From NCBI GenBank assembly GCA_963842085.1, contig CAWJET010000001.1, positions 1,696,001 to 1,760,000 on the forward strand: a stretch of DNA of 64,000 nucleotides. The letters are read 5' to 3'. Made by a program: the position numbers and the translations under genes. This document shows, piece by piece, positions 21,753 through 31,647 of the stretch; the stretch's first letter is position 1; each line of letters opens with the position of its first letter. The stretch is from an uncultured delta proteobacterium (GTDB taxonomy: Bacteria; Desulfobacterota; Binatia; Binatales; Binataceae). The notes below the pieces were generated by a model. That model searched no databases. It saw only the letters and a program-made list of their open reading frames with translations, and was not told where the DNA came from.

Positions 21753-24700
21753 ATGTCAGCTTCTCGTGAAATCATAATCTCCGAGCGCGCCACCGAGCGC
21801 ATCGCCGCCGCCCGCACTTGGCTGGAGTCGCAGCCGTCTGCGACCGAGCTCCTCGTGATCGCGTCGGTCAAGGAGGCTGCCGACGACCTGGTGCGCGCGT
21901 TCGCAGTTTCGCGCGGCGCGATGCTCGGCGTGCATCGCTTGACGCTCAACCGGCTGGTCGGTTTGCTCGCCGCCGAGGAGCTCGCCGATGCCGGCCTCGC
22001 GCCTGCGGACGGACTCGCCGCCGAGGCGGTCGCCGCGCGCGCGGTCTTTCGCCTGGCGCCGTCGGGAGCGCTCGCGCATTTCGAGCCCGTGTTGAATCGT
22101 CCCGGCTTCTCACGCGCGCTGGCACGCACTCTGATCGAGCTTCGATGGAACAACGTCGGCGTTGACGAGTTGCGTGCGCTCGGCGGCGCGGGTGAGGCGA
22201 TTGCCGCGACGCTGGCGCAATTCGACGCCGAGCTGACGGACGCCAAACTGATCGATCGCGCCGCGATGCTGAAAGTCGCGACGCGCGCCGTGCTCGCGAG
22301 CGATCCGCCGCGCTTCGTCGGACTGCCGGTTCTGCTGCTCGATGTTTCCGTGGACAGCGCGCTCGACCGCGACTTCATTGCGGCACTGGCCGCGCGCTCG
22401 CCCTCGATTCTCGCGACCATTCCCGCCGCCGACTCGCCCGTGCAGACGATCCTTGAAGATGCGCTCGGCGTACGGGCAACTTCGGTGTCGACGATCACCG
22501 ACCAAAACGTCGCGCCCTCGCTCGAGCGTCTGCAGGCGCATCTGTTCGCCGACACCGCCCCGCCCGAGCGCGGCGTGGACGAAACCGTGACGGTGCTTTC
22601 GGCGCCGGGCGAGATGCACGAATGCGTCGAGATCGCGCGGCGAATCGCAGCCGAGGCGAGGCGCGGCGTGCCCTTCGATCGAATCGCCGTGCTGCTGCAT
22701 GACCCCGTTCGCTACGCGCCGTACCTGCAGGAGGCGCTCGCCCGCGCGGACATCCCCGCGTACTTCGCGCGCGGCACGCGGCGGCCCGAGCCGGGCGGTC
22801 GCGCGATGCTCGCGCTGCTTGCCTGCGCCGCGGAAAATCTGTCGGCGCGCCGCTTCGCGGAATATCTGTCGCTGGCTCAGGTGCCGGACCCCGATCGCCC
22901 GCGTGAAGACGAGCCGGCCGTCACTTCGGACACTGAACTCGCGCCGGCGCCGCTCGAGTCGGATCTCAAAGTCGAGAGCAACGCCGCAGACGACAGTCCC
23001 GGCGACGCAGTCGTATCGGATCCCGTTCCGGTCATCGAAGGAACGGCGCGGGCGCCGTGGCGATGGGAACGATTGCTCGTCGATGCGGCGGTGATCGGCA
23101 GCGCTGAGCGATGGCGCAAGCGGCTGGCGGGATTGGCCAACGAGCTGGTGGCGCGGCGCGCGGAAATTGCCGACGACGACGCGCGCGCAGCGGGCCTGGA
23201 GCGGCGAATTCTCGACCTCGCGCATCTCGGCGAAGTCGCGATGCCGATCCTCTCAATGCTCGAAACGGCGCCGCACGATGCGACCTGGGGCGACTGGCTG
23301 AAATTTCTTCGCTCGCTGGTTGAGCTGGCAATTCGCGACCGTGAGCCGGTTCTCGCCGCGCTGGCGGAGCTCGAGCCGATGGCGCCGGTCGGGCCGGTCG
23401 GACTCGACGAGGTTCGCCTGGTGCTGAACGATCGGCTCGGGCGGCTGGAAGCTCCGCGCCGCGTTCGCCGCTACGGCGCGGTGTTCGTCGCGCCGCCGAA
23501 TCGCGCGCGCGGCATGGAGTTCGACGTCATAATTGTTCCCGGCCTTGCCGAGCGAATGTTTCCGCGCAAGCTGACCGAGGATCCGATCCTATCCGACGCG
23601 GCGCGCGCTCGCCTGAGCCCGTATCTCGCGCGGAATGAGCGGCGGGTTGGCGCGGAGCGGCTCGCGCTCAGAATTGCGGCGGGCGCGGCGCGCGAGCGTG
23701 CGATGTTTTCCTATCCGCGCGTCGATCTCGACCAGGGCCGGCCGCGAGTGCCTTCGTTCTACGCGCTTGAAGTTCTGCGCGCGGCGGAGGGCAAACTTCC
23801 CGGCTTCGATGAGCTGGCGAATCGCACGGCGACGCAGCCGACGACCCGCCTCTCATGGCCGGCGCCGGCGAATCCCGCCGACGCGATCGATGACGCGGAA
23901 TTCGATCTGGCGGTGCTGGACAAGCTGGTCGACGCCGATCCGCAGACCACGATTGGCGCGGCCCACTATCTGCTCGGTGCTAACGAGCATCTCGGGCGGG
24001 CGCTGCGCGCCCGGGCGCGGCGCTGGCTCCGGCGATGGACGCCGGCCGACGGGCTGGTCGATCCGGACGCGGCGGCGCTGGCGGCGTTGGGCAAGCATCA
24101 GTTGATCGCGCGTTCATACTCACCGACCGCGCTGCAGAATTTCGCCTCATGCCCTTACCGTTTTTTTCTGCAAGCGATCCATCGGCTGGAGCCGCGCGAG
24201 GAACCCGAGGCGATCGAAACGCTCGATCCGCTCACTCGCGGCGGCCTGTTCGCCGAGGTTCAGTACGAAATCCTGTCGGCGCTCAGAGAGCTCGACGTGC
24301 TGCCGGTCACGCCGGAAGATCTGGAGGACGCGTCTGCGCTGCTTGACGAACGGCTCGAGGAAGCTGCGAAACGATGGCAAGAGAATCTCGCGCCGGCAAT
24401 TGAGCGAGTATGGGACGATGGGATCGAAAGTATCCGCGCCGACTTGCGCGAATGGATGCGGCGCGCGGCCGACGATCCGGAGCACTGGCGGCCCGAATGG
24501 TTCGAGCTCGGCTTCGGGCTGAGCGATCGCACGCAGGCGGACCCGCATAGCTCGGCCGACCCGGTCGCAATCGACGGCGGGCTCAGCCTCCGCGGGTCAA
24601 TCGACCTGCTCGAACGCGATCCGGCCGGGCGAATTCGCGTGACAGATCACAAGACCGGGAAAGTGCGCGCCGCCAAGGACTTCGTGATCGGCGGCGGCAA

Positions 24701-25028
24701 GACGTTGCAGCCGGTCTTGTACGCGCTCGCGGCTGAACGTGTGCTTGGCGAGCCGATTTACGCCGGGCGGCTTTACTACTGCACCGCGACCGGCGGCTAT
24801 GAAGAGCGCGTGGTCGAAATCAACGATGAGGCGCGGCGCGCCGCCCGCGATTTCGTCGCGATAATCAAGGAGTCGCTGGAAGCGGGGTTTTTGCCGGCGG
24901 CGCCGGACGATCGCGAATGCGATTGGTGCGACTACAAGCGCGTCTGCGGCCCGTACGAGGAGCGGCGCTCCAAAATCAAACCGCAGGCGCGGCTCAAGTC
25001 GCTGACGCGGCTGCGCGAGATGCGCTGA
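21753..25028 (+). CDS. addB: AddB/RexB-like helicase-nuclease subunit
   Basis: Inactive helicase scaffold, SPTALQNFASCPYRFF, RGSIDLLE...DHKTG nuclease motifs, C-terminal CDWCDYKRVC Fe-S staple. Confidence 0.85.
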   Translation: MSASREIIISERATERIAAARTWLESQPSATELLVIASVKEAADDLVRAFAVSRGAMLGVHRLTLNRLVGLLAAEELADAGLAPADGLAAEAVAARAVFRLAPSGALAHFEPVLNRPGFSRALARTLIELRWNNVGVDELRALGGAGEAIAATLAQFDAELTDAKLIDRAAMLKVATRAVLASDPPRFVGLPVLLLDVSVDSALDRDFIAALAARSPSILATIPAADSPVQTILEDALGVRATSVSTITDQNVAPSLERLQAHLFADTAPPERGVDETVTVLSAPGEMHECVEIARRIAAEARRGVPFDRIAVLLHDPVRYAPYLQEALARADIPAYFARGTRRPEPGGRAMLALLACAAENLSARRFAEYLSLAQVPDPDRPREDEPAVTSDTELAPAPLESDLKVESNAADDSPGDAVVSDPVPVIEGTARAPWRWERLLVDAAVIGSAERWRKRLAGLANELVARRAEIADDDARAAGLERRILDLAHLGEVAMPILSMLETAPHDATWGDWLKFLRSLVELAIRDREPVLAALAELEPMAPVGPVGLDEVRLVLNDRLGRLEAPRRVRRYGAVFVAPPNRARGMEFDVIIVPGLAERMFPRKLTEDPILSDAARARLSPYLARNERRVGAERLALRIAAGAARERAMFSYPRVDLDQGRPRVPSFYALEVLRAAEGKLPGFDELANRTATQPTTRLSWPAPANPADAIDDAEFDLAVLDKLVDADPQTTIGAAHYLLGANEHLGRALRARARRWLRRWTPADGLVDPDAAALAALGKHQLIARSYSPTALQNFASCPYRFFLQAIHRLEPREEPEAIETLDPLTRGGLFAEVQYEILSALRELDVLPVTPEDLEDASALLDERLEEAAKRWQENLAPAIERVWDDGIESIRADLREWMRRAADDPEHWRPEWFELGFGLSDRTQADPHSSADPVAIDGGLSLRGSIDLLERDPAGRIRVTDHKTGKVRAAKDFVIGGGKTLQPVLYALAAERVLGEPIYAGRLYYCTATGGYEERVVEINDEARRAARDFVAIIKESLEAGFLPAAPDDRECDWCDYKRVCGPYEERRSKIKPQARLKSLTRLREMR

Positions 25029-25033
25029 CAACA

Positions 25034-28000
25034 GTGAGTGCGGCGATAATATCCGATCAGGCGGTGCGCGATCGCATTCGCGACGATCTCGGCGTCACGC
25101 TCGTAATCGAGGCCGCGGCCGGGACCGGCAAGACCACGGCGCTGGTGAATCGCATCGTGTCGGTGATTGGCTCGGGTCGCGGCGAACTCGCGCGGATCGT
25201 CGCGGTCACGTTCACCGAGAAGGCGGCCGGCGAGCTGAAGCTCAGGCTGCGCGCCGAAATCGAGCGGGCGCGCCAAAGCACGGAACCTTTGAGCGAAGGG
25301 CGCGCGCGCTTCGACCTGGCGCTCAAGCAACTGGAAGAAGCGCGGATCGGAACCATTCATTCGTTTTGCGCCGACCTGCTGCGCGAGCGGCCAGTGGAAG
25401 CGCAAGTCGATCCGATGTTCGAAGTGGCGCCCGAGGACGTTGCCGGAGAGATGTTCGACGCCGCGTTCGACCGATGGTTCGAGCGGCTGCTCGACAATCC
25501 CGGCGAGGGAATGCGCCGACTGCTGCGCCGGCGCGATCTGTCGGCGCGCACGGGGCCGCGCGAGATCGCGCGCCGCGCGGCGCTCGAGCTGATGAACTGG
25601 CGCGACTTCGATTCGCCGTGGGCGCATTCGCCGTTCGCGCGCGACGCCGAAATCGACGCGATAATCGCAGCGGTCGAAGCGCTTGGCAAACTTGCCGAGC
25701 TCGGCGAGACGGACGACTGGCTGGCTCGGAGCCTCGACGCGATCGCGAAGCCGGTCGCCGAGGCAACGCGGCTGGAGGCGGTGCGCGGGCGCGACTACGA
25801 CGCGCTCGAATCGGTGCTGGTCGCGCTGAGCACCGGGCGGCGCTGGGATTGGAAGGGATATGGCGGCGGCTTCGGCGAAGTCGAGCGCGAGGAAGTCTTT
25901 CGGCGCCGCGCCGAGTTGCACACTCGGTTGGAGAGGTTTCGCGACAATGCGGGCGCGAATCTCGCGCCTCTGCTGCGCGATGAACTGTGGCCGATCGTCG
26001 GTATCTACGAAGACCTGAAGCGCCGCGCGGGACGGCTCGACTTCCTCGACCTGCTGCTGGTCGCGCGCAACCTGGTCCGTGACAATCCGGCGGTGCGCGC
26101 CGAGCTGCAAAATCGCTTCACGCATATTTTCATCGATGAGTTCCAGGACACCGATCCGCTGCAGGCGGAAATCCTGCTGCTGCTTTCGTCCGCCGATCCC
26201 GGCGAGACCAACTGGCTGAAGGTCAAGCCGATCGCCGGTAAATTATTTATCGTCGGCGATCCGAAACAATCGATTTACCGTTTCCGCCGCGCCGACGTTT
26301 CGCTTTACCAGGGCGTGAAACAGTTGCTGTTGATGCACGGCGCACAGCTCCAGCATCTGACCGTAAGCTTTCGCGCCACGCCCGCGATTCAGACGATGGT
26401 CAACGCGGCGTTCGCCCCGCTGATGAGCGAGGAATCGGGCACCCAGCCGGCGTACGCGCCGTTGATGCCGTATCGACCTGAGCCGGGGACGCAGCCTCCG
26501 ATCGTCGTGCTGCCGGTGCCGGAGCCGTACGGCGAGTACGGCCGCGTCGTCAACTGGAAAATCGACGAGTCGATTCCCGACGCGATTGCCGCTTACGCGC
26601 GCTGGCTGGTGCATGAAAGCGGATGGACCGTGACCGAGCGCGAGGCGCCTGAGGTGCGCGTGCCGATTCGCCCGCGCCACATCTGTATCCTGTTTCGTCG
26701 CATGAATTCGTTCGGGCGCGACGTGACGCGGCCGTACCTGCGCGCGCTCGAAGCGCGGCATCTGCCGCACGTGCTGGTCAAGGGCGGATCGTTCAACGAG
26801 CGCGAAGAAGTGCTCGCGCTGCGCAACATCCTGGGCGCAATCGAGCGGCCCAACGACGAGTTGACGGTATTCGCCGCACTGCGCGGTCCCGTGTTCGCGC
26901 TGTCCGACGCGGCGCTGCTCGAATTCCGCATGACCGTCGGCAGCGTGCATCCGTTTCGCAAGCTGCCCGACAACCTGCCTGACGGTCTAAAGGAAGTGAA
27001 GGGCGCGCTCGACGTGATCAAGGGATTGCATCGCGGGCGGAATCGAAGGCCGATCGCGGAGACGATTGCGAAGCTGATGGCTGAAACTCGCGCGCATGCG
27101 GGGTTCGCCATTTGGCCGACCGGCGAGCAGGCGCTGGCAAATATCATGCGAATCATGGACCAGGCGCGGCGTTATGAAGCGCGCGGCGGCACCACCTCGT
27201 TCCGGGCGTTCGTCGACGAGCTCGAAGCGCGCGCCGAACGCGACGAAGCGAGCGAGACGCCGATCGTCGAGGAAGGAACCGAGGGCGTACGCATAATGAC
27301 GGTGCATCGCGCCAAGGGCCTCGAGTTTCCGGTCGTCATCCTGGCCGACATCACCTGCAACGAAACTCGCGCCGACGCGTCGCGGTATATCGAGCCGGCG
27401 TCGAAGCTGGCCGCGATGGAACTCGCGGGATGCGCGCCGCGCGAACTGCAGGAGCATGCGGCGAAGGAGCATGACCGCGACGTGGAAGAATCGATCCGGC
27501 TGCTGTACGTGGCCTCGACGCGCGCGCGAGACCTAATCGTCGTGCCGGCGGTTGGCGACGAAGAGAGTGGCGGCTGGCTCGCGCGGCTGAATCCCGTCGT
27601 CTGTCCGGCGAATACCGAGCGGCGCGCGCCGTCGTCATCGCATCCGGCAGGTTGCCCCGAATTCGGCGATGACAGCGTGCTGACGCGGCCGCCGAAAGCG
27701 CCGGGAAAAACAAAATCGGTGGCGCCGGGATTACATCGCGCGCAGCAGGGTGCGCATCAAGTAGTCTGGTGGGATCCGCGGCTGCTGATCCTGAACGTCG
27801 AGGAGAAGATGGGGCTGCGGCAGGACAAGCTGCTGCAGGCCGACGAAAGCAAGCTCGTATCGGACCGTGGCGAAAAAATGCGCGAACAGTGGAGCGCGAG
27901 CCGGACGGCGATGCTCGCGGCGGGAACGACGCCGAAGATACACGTTGCGACGGCGACCGAACTCGCGCTCGCAGCGCCAGCGGACGGACCGGCGTCTGCC

Positions 28001-28486
28001 GAGGCGATCGCGATCGAAGAGACGCGTCGCGAGCGCGGCCGGCCGCATGGCAAGCGCTTCGGCACGCTGGTGCATCTTACGATGCTGCGTGCGCCTTTTG
28101 CTGCGGACGCGCGCGAGGTCGGCAAGATCGCGGCCAGTGCGGCCAAGATGATCGGCGCGCCGGAGGAGGAAGTCGCCGCTGCGGTGACTGCTGTAAAGGC
28201 TGCCCTCAATTCTCCGCTGATGCGTCGGGCCGCGGCCGCGCAGACGGCGATGCGTGAATGTCCGCTGATGATTCGGCTTGAAGACGGCACCGCAGTCGAA
28301 GGAATCGCAGACCTCGCGTTCAAGGAGAGCACGAACGACGGCGCACTATGGACGGTGGTCGATTTCAAGACGGACATCGACGTCGCGGCGCGGCTCGACG
28401 AATATCGCGCGCAGATCAGGTTCTACGTGCGCGCGGTGAGGGAGAGTACGGGGCAGCCTGCCAGCGGCGCGATTTTGTGGATCTAG
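25034..28486 (+). CDS. addA: AddA/RexA-like UvrD helicase-nuclease
   Basis: EAAAGTGKT, TFTEKAAGEL, TIHSFC, DEFQD, VGDPKQSIYRFR, MTVHRAKGLEFP, YVASTRAR, C-terminal GIADL...VDFKTD. Confidence 0.92.
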   Translation: MSAAIISDQAVRDRIRDDLGVTLVIEAAAGTGKTTALVNRIVSVIGSGRGELARIVAVTFTEKAAGELKLRLRAEIERARQSTEPLSEGRARFDLALKQLEEARIGTIHSFCADLLRERPVEAQVDPMFEVAPEDVAGEMFDAAFDRWFERLLDNPGEGMRRLLRRRDLSARTGPREIARRAALELMNWRDFDSPWAHSPFARDAEIDAIIAAVEALGKLAELGETDDWLARSLDAIAKPVAEATRLEAVRGRDYDALESVLVALSTGRRWDWKGYGGGFGEVEREEVFRRRAELHTRLERFRDNAGANLAPLLRDELWPIVGIYEDLKRRAGRLDFLDLLLVARNLVRDNPAVRAELQNRFTHIFIDEFQDTDPLQAEILLLLSSADPGETNWLKVKPIAGKLFIVGDPKQSIYRFRRADVSLYQGVKQLLLMHGAQLQHLTVSFRATPAIQTMVNAAFAPLMSEESGTQPAYAPLMPYRPEPGTQPPIVVLPVPEPYGEYGRVVNWKIDESIPDAIAAYARWLVHESGWTVTEREAPEVRVPIRPRHICILFRRMNSFGRDVTRPYLRALEARHLPHVLVKGGSFNEREEVLALRNILGAIERPNDELTVFAALRGPVFALSDAALLEFRMTVGSVHPFRKLPDNLPDGLKEVKGALDVIKGLHRGRNRRPIAETIAKLMAETRAHAGFAIWPTGEQALANIMRIMDQARRYEARGGTTSFRAFVDELEARAERDEASETPIVEEGTEGVRIMTVHRAKGLEFPVVILADITCNETRADASRYIEPASKLAAMELAGCAPRELQEHAAKEHDRDVEESIRLLYVASTRARDLIVVPAVGDEESGGWLARLNPVVCPANTERRAPSSSHPAGCPEFGDDSVLTRPPKAPGKTKSVAPGLHRAQQGAHQVVWWDPRLLILNVEEKMGLRQDKLLQADESKLVSDRGEKMREQWSASRTAMLAAGTTPKIHVATATELALAAPADGPASAEAIAIEETRRERGRPHGKRFGTLVHLTMLRAPFAADAREVGKIAASAAKMIGAPEEEVAAAVTAVKAALNSPLMRRAAAAQTAMRECPLMIRLEDGTAVEGIADLAFKESTNDGALWTVVDFKTDIDVAARLDEYRAQIRFYVRAVRESTGQPASGAILWI

Positions 28487-28511
28487 GGAAGGGCAAATCA
28501 CTCTATTGAAT

Positions 28512-28565
28512 GCGAAACCCGCGGTGGGTTTCGCTCTTCCTTCGGCAGGGGTGACCCTGCACCCA
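28512..28565. repeat. REP composite, family A
   Basis: GCGAAACCCGCGGTGGGTTTCGC followed by GGCAGGGGTGACCCTGCACCCA. Confidence 0.75.
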
Positions 28566-28648
28566 ATTATTCAGAAGAGACGCAGTTCGCCCTGTTCCTA
28601 ACCTTCTCCCTATCCGAAAGAGGTTTGCACAACCTGGCTCGCAGTTCT

Positions 28649-28727
28649 TCCCCTCTCCCTGCATGGGAAAGGATGAAGGTGAGGGTCCTTATACAGCGCG
28701 CTCCTTTGCGCGCGATTCAAGATTCTG
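28649..28727 (+). repeat. REP-like element, family B, long form
   Basis: CCTCTCC...GGGA.AGGATGAAGGTGAGGGTC...CGCGATTCAAGATTCTG, with a direct copy at 33691-33769. Confidence 0.75.
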
Positions 28728-28861
28728 GTTCTGCATGAATCTGTCCACCGAGGTTATGCAAAAACGCTCTCGCACAAGGAGAGGTTGGATTCGGACGCGA
28801 GAGGTTAAGCGCTTGGTGGATGTGGCGGGTTTGTGCTGAAATCTCGGTGCGAGGGAATTAG

Positions 28862-29959
28862 ATGGCTATCGACATTATATATGGCGAACGCGCGACGGTT
28901 GGAGTCGATGCTAAATCGACCGGTGGCGGGTTGTGGCTAAGTGCGCACGACCTCAAACGAGTCAGCGGATGGGAGTTCAAGCCGCAGGGATTCTGCAAGG
29001 GAGATGTCTGCGTGCCTGTGCACGGCGCGCGGATGACCGAGTTTGTCGATGGCGGCCGTTACAATCTCGCGGCGCTGGCGAGTCTGCTCGGACAGCCCGT
29101 CGCGACCGACGCCGAGCATCATGCGTGGTGCTTCGGCGAATCCGCGGCCGAGCGAAAGCGGATCCTGACTTCGCTCGAAGCGCCGGATTTCAGCCTGCCC
29201 GATCTCGACGGCAAGATGCATTCGCTGTCCGACTATCGTGGCAAGAAAGTCTTCGTCGTTTCATGGGCGTCGTGGTGAGGATGCCGCTTTGACCTGCCAG
29301 TCTGGCAGGCGCTTTACGAAGAACTCGGAGCGAAAGGATTCGTGCCCATCGCGATCGCATTCGACAGCGGCGGCAATGCCGCGACCGAGCCGTGGATCAA
29401 GGCGGCGAAGCCCACCTATCCATGCCTGATCGATCGGCGGCATCTCGTGGCCGAGCTTTACGACATGGTCAACGTGCCGACCGCGGTCTGGATCGACGAG
29501 CGCGGCAAGATAGTCAGGCCCAGCGAGCCGGCCGGCGTCTCGGACGCATTCAGAAAGATGAACCGCACGAACTTTTCCATTCCCGCCGACGCGATGAACG
29601 AGCTGCAGGCAAAGCGCAAGGCTTACCAGGATGCGCTCCGCGACTGGGTGGCGAAGGGATCGAAAAGCCGGTTCGCGCTCGGCGAGGCGGAAGTTCTCAG
29701 ACGGATGCATGCGCCGGACGACATGCAAGTGCGCGCGGCGGCGAATTTCAGGCTCGGCGAATTTCTGTTCGAGCACGGACACGCGGAGGCGGCAAAGAAA
29801 TATTTCGAGGAATCAAAACGGCTGCGCCCCGATAGCTGGAACTACAAGCGGCAGGCGTGGGCGCTTGAAGATCCGATGAAGGCGGGCGGTCCCGAGTTCT
29901 GGGCAGCGGTCGATTCGCTCGCCGATGGCAAGTACTACCCTGGCGCGGAGGATATATAG
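28862..29959 (+). CDS. Selenoprotein: ResA/TlpA-like thioredoxin-fold protein with WASW-U-GC motif (365 aa)
   Basis: ORFs 28862-29278 and 29342-29959 are in the same frame. The single TGA (29276-29278) sits at the redox Cys position: APDFSLPDLDGK...YRGKKVFVVSWASW-U-GCRFDLPVWQ. A SECIS-like hairpin follows. Confidence 0.9.
29293..29309 (+). promoter_or_regulatory. Bacterial SECIS-like hairpin
   Basis: CCTGCCA-GTC-TGGCAGG, a perfect 7-bp stem with a G-first apical loop about 21 nt after the UGA. Confidence 0.78.
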
Positions 29960-29990
29960 GGCAGGGGTGACGCCTGCACCCAGTGCTAAG
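29960..29990. repeat. REP, family A (partial)
   Basis: GGCAGGGGTGACGCCTGCACCCAGTGCTAAG, the reverse-complement equivalent of CTTAGCATCGGGTGCAGGG near 36158. Confidence 0.65.
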
Positions 29991-30075
29991 CGGGAGGTGT
30001 CACAGACACGCGGCCGACGCGTGTCCGCGCGCGGCGGGTGAGGGGCCAAATTTTCCGGGATTCTGAGAATCAGGT

Positions 30076-30972
30076 TTGTACAATCGGGAAATACTAGTCG
30101 TCGAATACGGATCGTTGCTTAGCGGCTATGGGTTGCTGGCTGAGCGGCGCGGTGGTGCGAGCCGGTTGCTGGCGCGCGACGTGGCTCCGGTCTCGATTCA
30201 CAATGCGCGGCGCGGACTGGCCAAGCCGTCCAGCCATGGCAGGTATCTCGCGATGGATATCGAACCGGTCGATTCCGCTACTCCAATCAGCGCTTCGACC
30301 ACGGCGGATGACGGGATAGGCGGGCTGCTGCTTACCTTCGATCGCGGATACGCGCCGATGATCGCGCGGCGCGAGGAATACGATCCCAATGCGTTCGAGC
30401 GGTTGATCTCGCTTGCGGATCGCGCGGGCAAAGCGCTGGGCGAGTACCTGATGGAAATCGCGAGTGACACGAATTTCGATTTGCTCGCATACCGGACCAG
30501 GCTGCGCAGGCTGCTCGACTACACCTCGCCCGGATACATTTTCCATCCGATTGAAATCGACGACGGCCGTGTCGCCATTATTGCGATCGGTTCGGGCTTC
30601 GAGGGCAGCGGAGATCCGAAGGTGGTCTCACGACGGCAGCAATTCGGGATGGACCGGCTGCTGTCGCTCGAGGAGTCGATCCGAACCGAGATTCCCGGTT
30701 TCGATCGTGCCGGGCAGATAGGATATTACGCGGAGTGTATTCTCGGCGGCTTGCACGGCGTTGAGGTAGGCGACCTGACGCCGCAATTCGATCCTGACGC
30801 TCGATGGGCGCGCGAACTCGCGACGCATCTCGGGCCGCTCGCCGTCGGCGAGCGCGAGCGGTTTATCGAGGCCACCTCGCTCGACGCGGCGCGCTACGGT
30901 GAGCGGTTCTCAAGCTCCTCGCGGCGAATCGCGAGCCTGGCGGCGCTGCTCGAGCTGGCGGGAGTTGTATAG
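30076..30972 (+). CDS. Hypothetical protein, possibly gamma-glutamylcyclotransferase-like fold
   Basis: 298-aa ORF with EYGSLL near the N-terminus and ARREEY later, echoing the GGCT/ChaC YGSL and LDxRE motifs. Start (TTG) is uncertain. Confidence 0.55.
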   Translation: MYNREILVVEYGSLLSGYGLLAERRGGASRLLARDVAPVSIHNARRGLAKPSSHGRYLAMDIEPVDSATPISASTTADDGIGGLLLTFDRGYAPMIARREEYDPNAFERLISLADRAGKALGEYLMEIASDTNFDLLAYRTRLRRLLDYTSPGYIFHPIEIDDGRVAIIAIGSGFEGSGDPKVVSRRQQFGMDRLLSLEESIRTEIPGFDRAGQIGYYAECILGGLHGVEVGDLTPQFDPDARWARELATHLGPLAVGERERFIEATSLDAARYGERFSSSSRRIASLAALLELAGVV

Positions 30973-30988
30973 TGACGGGAACGAGTCG

Positions 30989-31495
30989 ATGGCAACCAAA
31001 GCAGGTTTTTCGATCCGTGTCGCGAAAGAGAATCTGAAATTCTCGGCCGCCCATTTTATCGCCTACCCGGGGTTTCGCGAACCGCTGCACGGCCACAATT
31101 ACCAGGTCGGCGTGTACCTCGAAGGGCGGCTGGCGAAGACCGGCTACGTGATCGATTTCGGCCTGATCAAAAAACTCACCAAGGAGATCGTCGATCGGCT
31201 CGACGAGCGCACGATCGTTCCGCGCGACAGCGATTGCCTGACGATCGACGGACCCGCCAACGGGGTCGTGCGAATCCGCTACGAGCAAGACGAGTTCGTG
31301 CTGCCGGCCGCCGACGTGTGTATCGTGCCGATTGTGCACAGCTCGGCGGAAGAACTCGCGCGCTACATCTGGGAGGAGTTGGCGGCGGCGCTGGATGCGC
31401 GCGGCGCGCTGACCGAAGTGACGACGATGGAAGTCTCGGTGGCCGAGGGTCCGGGCCAGTCGGCGCACTATCGAAACTCGACCGGCAGCATCTAG
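30989..31495 (+). CDS. queD: 6-carboxytetrahydropterin / 6-pyruvoyltetrahydropterin synthase family protein
   Basis: FSAAHF, EPLHGHNY, VIDFG, SSAEELA, VAEGPGQ. Confidence 0.82.
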   Translation: MATKAGFSIRVAKENLKFSAAHFIAYPGFREPLHGHNYQVGVYLEGRLAKTGYVIDFGLIKKLTKEIVDRLDERTIVPRDSDCLTIDGPANGVVRIRYEQDEFVLPAADVCIVPIVHSSAEELARYIWEELAAALDARGALTEVTTMEVSVAEGPGQSAHYRNSTGSI

Positions 31496-31647
31496 TCGCG
31501 TTCTCTCGGTAACACTTACGGCGGGTTTATTTCGCCTAGTCTGCTAACTTGCAGTCTTCGTCCTGTCAACTGCGGGCGCGTCGTGAGAGGATGCGGCACG
31601 TAACGCCGAGGTTTACCATCGCCGGCGTTTACGGAGCGAACCCACGG

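Noticed and set aside
21753-28486. Novel helicase-nuclease defence system
   Set aside because: Gene order, motifs and the Fe-S staple match housekeeping AddAB recombination and repair.
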